Source of the DNA: Myxococcota bacterium
GTDB taxonomy: Bacteria; Myxococcota; JACRCW01
Reading direction: 5' to 3'
NCBI GenBank assembly: GCA_040752415.1
Contig: JBFMGU010000054.1
Coordinates: 1 to 48,257 of the forward strand
DNA length: 48,257 bases
Shown here: piece by piece, positions 31,055 to 39,334 of the stretch
Numbering within the stretch: position 1 is the stretch's first letter
Layout of the letters: each line of letters begins with the position of its first letter
Position numbers and translations under genes: made by a program
The notes under the pieces: generated by a model
What the model was told of the DNA's origin: nothing
What the model saw: the letters and a program-made list of their open reading frames with translations, nothing else
Database searches by the model: none

Positions 31055-31229
31055 GACGCGCTCCTCACGCCGTGGTTGCGGCGTTTCGCCACCGTGCGCC
31101 CGGTGGGGCACAGCTGAAGGGGTTGCAGGAGGGATATCGGCCGAAGGGCGGAGAGGTTGTGTCCCGGCTCAAGGAACGCCGCGCGGGATGTGCACCTGCA
31201 TCCCGGGGACACGCGTGTCCGTGGAACGC

Positions 31230-32444
31230 TCAGCCGCGCACGCACAACACCCGACGCTCCGCGGTGCGGGAGGTGCCGGCGGCGTTGCCGTCGCTGATGC
31301 GCACGGTGATGCCGCGTCCGTCGGAGGCAAGGCTGCGCGACCAGTAGTAGCTGGTGCCCACGTTGCTGATGTGCGTGCGTCCGCCGTGCTGGGCCAAGGC
31401 CGTCAGCTCGGCGCGGGTGGGCAGGCGCCAGTCGGAGTGGCCGCCCTGGATGAGCTGGTCGCAATACTGCACCGCGGCGGTGCGGGTGCGCGCGCTGGCC
31501 AGTCGGGCCCAGACCAGGTTGTTGGCGCGGTCGCGACAGCCGCCCCAGTGCGTGGAGAACCTGGCGTCGTCGTCACCGGCGCAGGAGCCGGGCGGGCTGA
31601 GCGCGCTGCGCGTGGCGCGGATCCACGGCGCAAACGCCGCCACCGACGTGTAGTACGCCGCCACGGCCCGGCCGCACGCCTCCCCGTTGCCTTCCGCGGT
31701 GGTGATGAACGAGGCCACGCCCGCCACGCGCGGCTGCCCCTCGACGACGCGGATGGAGGGACCGCCGCTGTCGCCGGGACAGGTCACCTGGTCGCTTGCG
31801 CGCGTCTCCAACGCCAGCAGGCTGTGGTGGTACCAGGAGTCCGCGTCCTGGGGCCCGTCGACGAGCGTTCGCACATCCATCTGCCCGGAGCGCTTGCGCC
31901 CCACGCCAGCCGTGCCGGTTTCATCCTGCCCGTACCCCATGATGCGCACCGCGGCGCCCACGGGAGCCTCGGTGGTGTCCAGGGCGGGGTATTCCAGCCC
32001 ACCAAAGCGCTTGCCCAGCTTGAGCAACGCCAGGTCCGCGCCGTCATGCCAGATGCTCACCGAAGGGTGACCGTCCTCCTTCACGCTCGACCCGTCGGTC
32101 TCGCGGTACTCCGGGTGCACGCGCAGCGACGAGCCGCGGTGGAAGTCACCGGTGGCGTAGGGGCCCGCGGCCTTGGTGGTGAAGGTGAGCTCACGCGCCT
32201 GCGCGCCCGCCACGCAATGGGCGGCGGTGAGGACCACGTCGCGGTTGATGAGGGTGCCGGTGCACACGGTGCCCGCCGCCTCGTTGACCAGGAATCCCAC
32301 GGCGGGGAGCGCGCTGGTCTCGTCGCCAAAGCGGATGGTGGACGCCTCACCGCTCTCCACGGTGGCGACGTCCGTCTCCAGGTCCTCCAGTGCGCATCCC
32401 GTCAGGGAGACGCACACCATCAACACCGCTCCGTTCTTGCGCAT
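31230..32444 (-). CDS. Trypsin-like (S1) serine protease lipoprotein with C-terminal DUF1566 (Lcl-C) domain
   Basis: CTGTLI, LTAAHC, DLALLKL, GDSGGP; C-terminal LVW...A.QYC...GGHSDWRLPTRAEL...YYWS...VLCVR. Confidence 0.92.
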   Translation of the reverse strand: MRKNGAVLMVCVSLTGCALEDLETDVATVESGEASTIRFGDETSALPAVGFLVNEAAGTVCTGTLINRDVVLTAAHCVAGAQARELTFTTKAAGPYATGDFHRGSSLRVHPEYRETDGSSVKEDGHPSVSIWHDGADLALLKLGKRFGGLEYPALDTTEAPVGAAVRIMGYGQDETGTAGVGRKRSGQMDVRTLVDGPQDADSWYHHSLLALETRASDQVTCPGDSGGPSIRVVEGQPRVAGVASFITTAEGNGEACGRAVAAYYTSVAAFAPWIRATRSALSPPGSCAGDDDARFSTHWGGCRDRANNLVWARLASARTRTAAVQYCDQLIQGGHSDWRLPTRAELTALAQHGGRTHISNVGTSYYWSRSLASDGRGITVRISDGNAAGTSRTAERRVLCVRG

Positions 32445-32723
32445 GGCGACGCACTATGGGGTCGTGATCGGGGCCGCTCCTCGGAGGGTTGGCGGATGGG
32501 CGCCAGGTGTCCGTCGGACGAGTGCCGGAGGTTGCACCACGTCGCGCGGCAGCACCCGGTCCCTCGACGAGGTGACCCGGCAGCCGCGCTGACTCACCGT
32601 CGTGGGAACGAACGCCTGTTGTTGGGGGGGCGGCGGGACCATCACGGTCTCCGAATTCTCCGTCGGAATGAACGGGAATGGCATGGCCAGCGTTGTGTGG
32701 TCCTGAAAGACGGGAGGGAACCC

Positions 32724-33158
32724 ATGAAGCTGCTCCTGACGACGACGACTGCGATGCTGCTGGCGGCCGCGTGCAACGTCCTGTTGCCCGGGCAGTGTCG
32801 CACCACCGACGCACCCGCCAAGCACTGCGCCCCGCCCACCGCCCTGGCCGGCACCGCGCTCACCCTGCAGGTGCAACACGGTTGTCTGGGCTGCGGCGTC
32901 TCGGAATTCGCGTGCGCGGCGAAGGTAGACGGAAACCGCGTGGACCTTCACGCCACGCAGGAGGAATGCGGTCAGGCGCCCGGCACCGCGTGCCCCGCCA
33001 TCTGCGAGATCCGCAACGCGCCGTGCAACGTCCCCGCGCTGGCAGAGGGCGACTACGTGGTCACCGTCAACGGCGGCGACGCGCTCAACATGGCGGTGCG
33101 TAGCAGTGGCGAGGTGTCCTGCAACGTGGACGGGTTTTCCGTCGACGGCGGGAGGTGA
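32724..33158 (+). CDS. Small Cys-rich lipoprotein
   Basis: RBS GGAGG; lipobox LAAAC; CPAIC and LAEGDYVV motifs. Confidence 0.75.
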   Translation: MKLLLTTTTAMLLAAACNVLLPGQCRTTDAPAKHCAPPTALAGTALTLQVQHGCLGCGVSEFACAAKVDGNRVDLHATQEECGQAPGTACPAICEIRNAPCNVPALAEGDYVVTVNGGDALNMAVRSSGEVSCNVDGFSVDGGR

Positions 33159-33170
33159 ACGGTCCCCGTG

Positions 33171-33255
33171 AAGGAAGTTCAGGAGTCAGAACACGTCTGT
33201 CGAAGCCAAGAGTCAGCATCCTTCTGACTTCTGTATTCTGACTTCTGACTTCCTT
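33171..33255. repeat. Inverted arrangement of heptamer repeats (AGTCAGA / TCTGACT); probable bidirectional terminator
   Basis: AAGGAAGTTCAGGAGTCAGAA ... TTCTGACTTCTGACTTCCTT between convergent genes. Confidence 0.65.
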
Positions 33256-33275
33256 TTGCCGGAATCCCGCCACCA

Positions 33276-34349
33276 TCAGAACTTGATGATCCAATGCACC
33301 GCCGCGTTGGCGGGGCGGGTCTCGTCGGAGATGCGCGCGGGCGCGGCGGGCTCACCCAGGCCGGTCACCGCGCTGGCCACGCCCACGCCGGTGTAGGCGT
33401 TGTAGAGCGAGATGCCGGTGACCGCGGCGTAGGTGCTTGCGTTGGCTCCCGCCCAGGTGGGACCCGCGCCAATGCCGCCCGCGCCGGTGGCCGCCAGGAA
33501 CGGGTAGATGTGCGCGTGTCCCGGGTCGGAGACGGCGTGGGTGTGGCCCGGGTCCGCCACGGCGTGGTTGTGACCAGGGTCGGTGTGCTGGTGGCGCTGC
33601 GTGGTGTCCTGCTGGATCGAGCCCACCACGTCGCCCGCGTTGCCGCCCGGCGCCATGGCCTGGCGTGTGGCGCGGTCGGGATCCCGGCCCGCGTCTCCGT
33701 CGACACCGCGCAGGAAGCGACCGCGGTAGTCCGGCAGGTTGAAGGTGCCCTCGTCGGGGGCGCCGTGCGCGGTGCCAATGGCGTTGAACAGCGCGGCGTA
33801 CTGCGTGCGGCTCAGCGCGGACCCGTCGCACATGAGCCAGCCGGTGGGCGGCACCGTGCCCGCAAACGCCACCACCGTCCCCACCGGCACCAGCGCGTCC
33901 ACCATCTGCTGCAGCTGCGCCGCCAGCGCCCCGGACGCCTCGGAGGCGCGCGAGGATTCCACCGCGTAGGGAACCGCGGTCAGGCGCGTGCGCGGCAGCG
34001 TGTCCCCGTCGACGCCCAGCTCCACCCACAGGTTCCCGTGGTCCAGCACCGCCGCCACGCAGGCGCCGTCCAGGGTGACGCTGAACCGCCCGGCGCTCAC
34101 CGCCACGTCGGCGGGGCCCTGCAGGCAGGCGCGGTCGGCCTGATCGGTGGAGGTGCCGCTGCGCCACAGGGAGAGCTCCACGGGCAACGTGGCGTTCACC
34201 GGGGTTCCGTCGTCACTGGTGAGCGTTCCGCTGTAGACCAGTGGGTCATTGGGAATCCCCGCGGCATGCGCGCGACCGGCCACGTACGCCACCAGCACCC
34301 CGGCCAGCCCCACCGGCGCCAGGATCATCCACTTGCGGGCACGCTTCAT
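33276..34349 (-). CDS. Signal-peptide-bearing protein with phage tail collar domain and HxH fibre-tip repeats
   Basis: PVGTVVAFAG..PPTGWLMCDGS.LSRTQYAALFNAIGT..G..FNLPDYRGRFLRG; HQH, DPGHNH, DPGHTH, DPGHAH; ETRPANAAVHWIIK. Confidence 0.9.
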   Translation of the reverse strand: MKRARKWMILAPVGLAGVLVAYVAGRAHAAGIPNDPLVYSGTLTSDDGTPVNATLPVELSLWRSGTSTDQADRACLQGPADVAVSAGRFSVTLDGACVAAVLDHGNLWVELGVDGDTLPRTRLTAVPYAVESSRASEASGALAAQLQQMVDALVPVGTVVAFAGTVPPTGWLMCDGSALSRTQYAALFNAIGTAHGAPDEGTFNLPDYRGRFLRGVDGDAGRDPDRATRQAMAPGGNAGDVVGSIQQDTTQRHQHTDPGHNHAVADPGHTHAVSDPGHAHIYPFLAATGAGGIGAGPTWAGANASTYAAVTGISLYNAYTGVGVASAVTGLGEPAAPARISDETRPANAAVHWIIKF

Positions 34350-35032
34350 GGCAGCAGCCCTCCCGTCACGCACCAGCGCGAGGAGCACGCCGGCGCCGCC
34401 TGTTCAAAACCCTGGTCCACCACCTTGAACCTCACGCCGTCATTCCAGCGCCGCTCCACCGTGCCAAAGCCCAGCCGCAGCGCCACCCCTCCCGTGGACG
34501 AAGACGAAGACGAAGAAGAAGAAGAAGCCGACGACGAGGAAGCGGACGACGCCGACGACGCAGAAGCGGACGCAGTCCCCGAGGACGCCGTGCTCGTGGT
34601 GGGTGCGCTGGACGCGCCGCTGGAGGAAGCCGAGGAGCTGGACGCCCCCCCGCCGCCCGACGACGTCGAGGTCGACAGGCTCCCCGTGGTGCCGGACGTG
34701 CTGGCCGCCGCGGAAGCGGAGCCGGTGGACCCGCTGCTGCTCCCGCCCGACGACGCGCTGGCCCCGGATCCCGTGCCTCCCGACGAGGAACCGCCGCCGC
34801 TCACGCCCAGCGAGGAGGTGGTGACGACGTGGCTGGTGGAGGAGGACGCGCTGAAGGTGTCTCCCGCGTCACGCGTGGTGAGCGGGTTGCCCGCCTCGCA
34901 CAGCGCGTCCCCGCCGCAGTGGTAGCCCTCGGGACAGTCGTCATCCGTGGCGCAGCCGGCCAGCTCCGGACACGCCGTGGCGCCGGCCAGGGCCGCCAAC
35001 GTCGTCACCAGCCAGGCCAGGTGCCGCTGCAT
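34346..35032 (-). CDS. Ser-rich lipoprotein coupled to the fibre gene
   Basis: Lipobox ATAC; CATDDDCPEGYHC; long Ser/Gly/Thr linker; ATGA overlap with the next gene. Confidence 0.78.
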   Translation of the reverse strand: MQRHLAWLVTTLAALAGATACPELAGCATDDDCPEGYHCGGDALCEAGNPLTTRDAGDTFSASSSTSHVVTTSSLGVSGGGSSSGGTGSGASASSGGSSSGSTGSASAAASTSGTTGSLSTSTSSGGGGASSSSASSSGASSAPTTSTASSGTASASASSASSASSSSASSSSSSSSSSTGGVALRLGFGTVERRWNDGVRFKVVDQGFEQAAPACSSRWCVTGGLLP

Positions 35033-35092
35033 GCGCGGGAGTATGCCCGGGCGCCTGACCCCGCACCATCCGGGGCTTTCCCGTGGTGGACC

Positions 35093-35356
35093 TCAGCGCA
35101 ACAGCGCTTCCAGGTCATTCTGCACGCCCTGCTGCTTCTCCGGGCTGGTGAAGCGCCCCACGCCGGCCGCCAGGTGCGGAATCACCGCCGGCGCCTGCGC
35201 GGGGGTGAGGCTGCCGGGGTCCAGGTTGCAGCGCTTGCACTGCGCCAGCAGGATGGGCCACGGGAACGCGGTGTAGCGCGCCATCACCTGGAAGACCCGC
35301 ACCGCGAACGGACTGAGGTTGACGCCTTCCGGCAGCTTCTTCAGGTCCGCGACCAT
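35093..35356 (-). CDS. Hypothetical small protein
   Basis: 87-aa ORF with coding-like composition overlapping the V4R gene end. Confidence 0.7.
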   Translation of the reverse strand: MVADLKKLPEGVNLSPFAVRVFQVMARYTAFPWPILLAQCKRCNLDPGSLTPAQAPAVIPHLAAGVGRFTSPEKQQGVQNDLEALLR

Positions 35357-35994
35357 GACGACCGCACCTTCGCTTCGTGCTCATCCAGCTTGGCCGCCGG
35401 GGCCATGATGAACTCGCAGGACGCGTCGCCCCGGCCCACGCAGCGCAGCTCGCGCCCGTGCACTTCCACCTCGAACGCGTCGCTGCACCATCCCGCCGAG
35501 TAGCCGGCGGAGAACAGGCACCCGCACCGGGTCAGCTTGCGCCCCTGGGCGCGCACCACCTCGGACTCGAAGGTGTTGGGATGGAAGTAGTGCAGGAAGT
35601 AGGCGTCGTCCTTGGACGGCCGGCTGTCCGCCAGGATGTCCACCAGCGCCCAGCCCGCGTGCGCGAAGTGGATGGGCCCCGAGGACAGACGGTCCAGCCC
35701 GTCGGTGAGCTTGAGCCGGGTGGAGAACGCGCGCGAGTCGCTGCGGCCAATCTCCCGCGCGGTGTTGTAGATGAACTCCCGCGCCGCCTCCTCGCCAAAG
35801 GTCTCCGCCATGGCGTCAAACCACGTCAGGTACAGGCTCTCCGCGCGCATCAACACGTAGCGCTCACCGCCCACGTGGATGGTGCCCTTCTCGGGCTCGC
35901 GTTTCACGTCGGAGAACAGTTGCTCCACGAACTTCTCCGCACGCGCGAAGGGGGGCTCGAAGGGGGGCGGGACACGAACGCTCTTGAGAGGCAT
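35341..35994 (-). CDS. Stand-alone XylR-N/V4R small-molecule-binding domain protein
   Basis: GTIHVGGERYVLM, FAHAGW, TFES, C.FSAGYSAGW...ELRCVGRGDASCEF. Confidence 0.88.
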   Translation of the reverse strand: MPLKSVRVPPPFEPPFARAEKFVEQLFSDVKREPEKGTIHVGGERYVLMRAESLYLTWFDAMAETFGEEAAREFIYNTAREIGRSDSRAFSTRLKLTDGLDRLSSGPIHFAHAGWALVDILADSRPSKDDAYFLHYFHPNTFESEVVRAQGRKLTRCGCLFSAGYSAGWCSDAFEVEVHGRELRCVGRGDASCEFIMAPAAKLDEHEAKVRSSWSRT

Positions 35995-36265
35995 GCCGGG
36001 GCTCCGTGGTTTGGCAGGCAGGTTGACGACAACAAACGCCCGAGAGCGCTGGCTCCGCAAGGGGGAGGGTGTGCGCGCGGGTGGGAACCCGGTGACGACG
36101 AGGGAGGGACCCGCCAGCACGCCCCACGACGAGGCCGCGGTGACGTGGTCGCGGCGGCGCGGGATGGCCCGGGGGCCAGGAGCTTGCGTGACGGGATTCC
36201 GCGGCCTATTGGCGGCCCGTTTCCGCGCCCGGGGTGTCCGGGGCGGAGGGATCCGGGAGGATGTG

Positions 36266-36562
36266 ATGACCACTGATCGTGCTCAGCTGCGCAACGCGCC
36301 GGCCGCGGACCTGGCGGCCCTGTACACCTACAACGTGGCCTGGTCCTGGGAGGAGCAGTGCTACGTGGCCACGGTGGACGGCTGGGCGGGGCTCAGCGCG
36401 GACGCTCCCACGGTCAAGGACGCGCTCAAGGAGGCCTCCTTCCTGGTCCAGGCGCACATCGAGAACTACCGCACCCTGGGCATGGTCTTCCCGCTGCCCT
36501 CCGTCGGCGCCGCGCCGGGCCGGGCCACCAAGGCCGAGGTCCACGACGCCGCGAGCGCCTGA
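36266..36562 (+). CDS. HicB-family antitoxin-like protein (no C-terminal DNA-binding domain)
   Basis: YTYNVAWSWEEQCYVATVDGWAGLSADAPTVKDALKEA...PLP; RBS GGAGG. Confidence 0.75.
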   Translation: MTTDRAQLRNAPAADLAALYTYNVAWSWEEQCYVATVDGWAGLSADAPTVKDALKEASFLVQAHIENYRTLGMVFPLPSVGAAPGRATKAEVHDAASA

Positions 36563-36709
36563 CCCGTGCGAGCCGCGGGTCGCCAGAAATCACTCCGAAC
36601 AAGATCGTGACACGGTCCCGCGCGCTGGTTACCGTCCGGTGATGGCCGGTCGGCATGCGTCCAGTGCCCATGGGTTCTGGGGCGCCCCGTGCAGGCGGCG
36701 GAGGCACTC

Positions 36710-36907
36710 GTGTCCGATCGCAAATGTTCCCACATGGACAACTGCGGCATGTACGCGCTGTTCAACTATTCAGCGACGCTGCAGGTCTGGAAGATCAACT
36801 ACTGCACGGCCGACTATGAGCGATGCGAGCGCTACAAGCGTTCCCTGGAAGGTCGCCCGGTGCCGCAGAACCTGATGCCCAACGGCGTGCTGCTGCAGAA
36901 GACGTGA
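36710..36907 (+). CDS. Small Cys-motif protein
   Basis: RBS GGAGG + GTG; CSHMDNC...YC...CERY...PQNLMPNG. Confidence 0.72.
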   Translation: MSDRKCSHMDNCGMYALFNYSATLQVWKINYCTADYERCERYKRSLEGRPVPQNLMPNGVLLQKT

Positions 36908-36917
36908 GGGAAGCCGC

Positions 36918-37514
36918 ATGACCCATCTGCCTTTCTGGCTCGGGGGAATTGCGCTGGCGGCGGTGGCCTTCGGGCACTGGCTGCTGCTCCGACGGAGCAT
37001 GGCGGTCTCCGGGCGCATCACCTCGTTGGTCAACCGCGTGCGCCACGGGCCCGAGCCCGAGCCGGGCATGTCCGTGGAGGAGCTCATGGCCGCGGCCGCA
37101 GCGGCCACGCAGGCACAGTTTGGCGAGGTGCCGCCCGCGCCTGCTCCCGCGGTGACGACGTCCGCGCCCGCTCGCGCGCCGGCGCCCGCGCATCAGGGCA
37201 CGCTCACCCACGTCATCTGGTTTGTCGCGGTGACGACGGGAGGCGCGCTCTCCATGCTGCTCTCCGGCGGCTGGAGTGCGGAGGGCCTGCTGCGCGGGCA
37301 GACCTTCAGCGCGCTGTTCCAGGGCCCGTTGGGCGCGGCGGCGTTGTTCGTGGGCGGGACGCTGGTGGGGTTTGGCACGCGCATGGCCGGCGGCTGCACC
37401 AGCGGCCACGGGCTGGGCGGCGTGAGCCGGTTGCAGCCGGGCAGCCTGGCGGCCACCGCCGCGTTCTTCGGGATGGGGGTGGTCACCTCGTTCCTGCTGG
37501 GGAGGCTGCTGTGA
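36918..37514 (+). CDS. YeeE/YedE family sulfur-compound transporter subunit
   Basis: GGTLVGFGTRMAGGCTSGHG. Confidence 0.9.
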   Translation: MTHLPFWLGGIALAAVAFGHWLLLRRSMAVSGRITSLVNRVRHGPEPEPGMSVEELMAAAAAATQAQFGEVPPAPAPAVTTSAPARAPAPAHQGTLTHVIWFVAVTTGGALSMLLSGGWSAEGLLRGQTFSALFQGPLGAAALFVGGTLVGFGTRMAGGCTSGHGLGGVSRLQPGSLAATAAFFGMGVVTSFLLGRLL

Positions 37515-37930
37515 GAGGCGCGGACGTGCTGGTGGGGGTGGTGGGGCTGGCGCTGGGTTTCTCCCTCAGCCGCATCGGCTTCAGCTCCTATGACGAGGTC
37601 CACCGCATGTTCACCTTCGCGGACCTGCGTCTCCTCTTCACGTTCATGAGCGGGGTGACGCTGCTGGGCCTGGTGTGGCTGGTGGCGCGCGCGCTGCGGC
37701 TGCCCACGCCGTCGGACCGGCGACCCCTCCACCGCGGCACCGTCGTGGGGGGCATGGTGTTTGGCGTGGGTTGGGCCATCAGCGGCGCGTGCCCGGGCAT
37801 TGCCTTTGTGCAGGTGGGGGAGGGCCAGCTGGGCGCCTTGTTGACCCTTGCCGGGATGTTCGTGGGCAACGCGGTGTACTCCCGCATCCACGAGAAGTAC
37901 TTCCGCTGGGACCCCGGAACCTGCGAATAG
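37511..37930 (+). CDS. YeeE/YedE family transporter subunit (second half)
   Basis: GGMVFGVGWAISGACPG; overlaps upstream stop. Confidence 0.9.
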   Translation: MRGADVLVGVVGLALGFSLSRIGFSSYDEVHRMFTFADLRLLFTFMSGVTLLGLVWLVARALRLPTPSDRRPLHRGTVVGGMVFGVGWAISGACPGIAFVQVGEGQLGALLTLAGMFVGNAVYSRIHEKYFRWDPGTCE

Positions 37931-37954
37931 CGCACCGCGAAGCGCGACGAAACG

Positions 37955-38392
37955 TCACGAAAGGCTGGGCGTGGTGGGCACATCCGTGAACGGCGGGGGC
38001 GCGGCCGCCGCGGCGTGACGCAACAGCTCCGCCACCGCCGCCAGGAGCTGCTCCGCGCGGAAGGGCTTGGCCAGGAAGCCGTTGCAGCCCGCCGTGAGCG
38101 CGGATTCCCGCTCCGTGCCCGCGGCCACCGCGCTGAGCGCCAGGATGGGGATGCTGCGGGTCTTGGGGGCGGCGCGCAGGATGCGGGCGGTCTGGATGCC
38201 GTCCATCACCGGCATGACCAGGTCCAGGATGATGAGCGCGGGGCGGATGTGCAGCGCCAGCTCCAGCGCCTGGCGGCCATCCTCCACCTCCCTCACGTCG
38301 TAGCCCTGCGCCCGCAGCCGGCTGGTGACCAGCTTGCGGTTGAGGGAATTGTCGTCGGCCACCAGAATCGTTCCGCGCAGCGGATGAACCAC
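37955..38392 (-). CDS. Single-domain response regulator
   Basis: ILVADDN, IILDLVMPVMDG, IPILALSA, GCNGFLAKP; GTG start after GGAG. Confidence 0.9.
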   Translation of the reverse strand: MVHPLRGTILVADDNSLNRKLVTSRLRAQGYDVREVEDGRQALELALHIRPALIILDLVMPVMDGIQTARILRAAPKTRSIPILALSAVAAGTERESALTAGCNGFLAKPFRAEQLLAAVAELLRHAAAAAPPPFTDVPTTPSLS

Positions 38393-38689
38393 GGGCAGCT
38401 CCCTTTGGCGCCACCAACGCTTCGGCACCTCACCTCGGGGGGCATCTTCCGCGAGCGGGCGACATGCTGCACTTCCCCCGCCTGACCGACCGGACATCCA
38501 CCGCACCTCTCGCACACGGAGCCACCTGGTGGTGCTGCGCGCTTGCCACGTGGTGCACCTGAGCCATGGTCGATTGACCGATGGGGCACGTGACCACAGC
38601 GCGGCACAGCCCAGCCGTTGGATCCGCCGATCCGTGGAGAAGGAGCACGAAGTGGGCTAACACAGGCACCCGTCACAGGGGAGGCGCCG

Positions 38690-39145
38690 GTGTACCGCTT
38701 CCGAATCGACGTCAATGCCGGTTGCATGGTGGGGATGCACGAAGGGCCCACGGACACCGACGACGACTACGCCCGTGAGGTCCAGAGCCTGATGCAGCTT
38801 GCCGGCACGGGTCGGAAGTCCGCGCCCACCATCTGCGTGATGATCTACTCCCCGGAGACGCCGCGTCCGCCGGCGCACTGGCGACAACGCGTGGCGGACA
38901 CCCGCGCGGCGTATGAAGGGCAGCAGCACTGCTTTGCGCTGGTGACGTCGCTGGTGGTGCACCGGGGCGTGCTCACCGCCATGAACTGGCAGCGCCCGCC
39001 GCCCGCGGGATTCCGCGTGGCCAGCTACACCGAGTTCGACGACGCCGCGGAATGGGCCGACCGCGAGCTGGGCACCAAGGTGAAGCCGGTGCTGGACCGC
39101 CTGCGCACCGAGCTGCTGCGGGAGCGACTGGTGCAGCACGCGTGA
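38690..39145 (+). CDS. Hypothetical protein (STAS/SEC14-SpoIIAA-like)
   Basis: RBS GGAGG + GTG; RPPAHWRQRVA...ALVTSLVVHRGVLTAMNW...FDDAAEW. Confidence 0.6.
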   Translation: MYRFRIDVNAGCMVGMHEGPTDTDDDYAREVQSLMQLAGTGRKSAPTICVMIYSPETPRPPAHWRQRVADTRAAYEGQQHCFALVTSLVVHRGVLTAMNWQRPPPAGFRVASYTEFDDAAEWADRELGTKVKPVLDRLRTELLRERLVQHA

Positions 39146-39334
39146 GCAGCACGCGTGAGTTCGTGGGGGGCGGGACTCCCAGAGGAGGTCAGAAGCGCCC
39201 GTGCCCCTGCCCGGTTTGCGGGTTCTCACAGCACAGAGGTGATTTCTGCGGGTAAGACCTCGTCAGGCGCTGGGCCCTCAAGCCGGGCACGGGCAGGGGC
39301 ACGGGCGCCTTTGACTTCCTTTCGGGAAATCCCG

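Noticed and set aside
33276..34349. Prophage inferred from the tail collar gene
   Set aside because: No integrase, capsid, terminase or baseplate genes; the protein has a signal peptide.
34490..34830. Acidic ORFs on the + strand (EDEDEEEE...) here and near 42720-42970
   Set aside because: They are antisense readings of Ser-rich lipoprotein linkers. By contrast, the 14453 ORF has its own signal peptide and regular Cys pattern.
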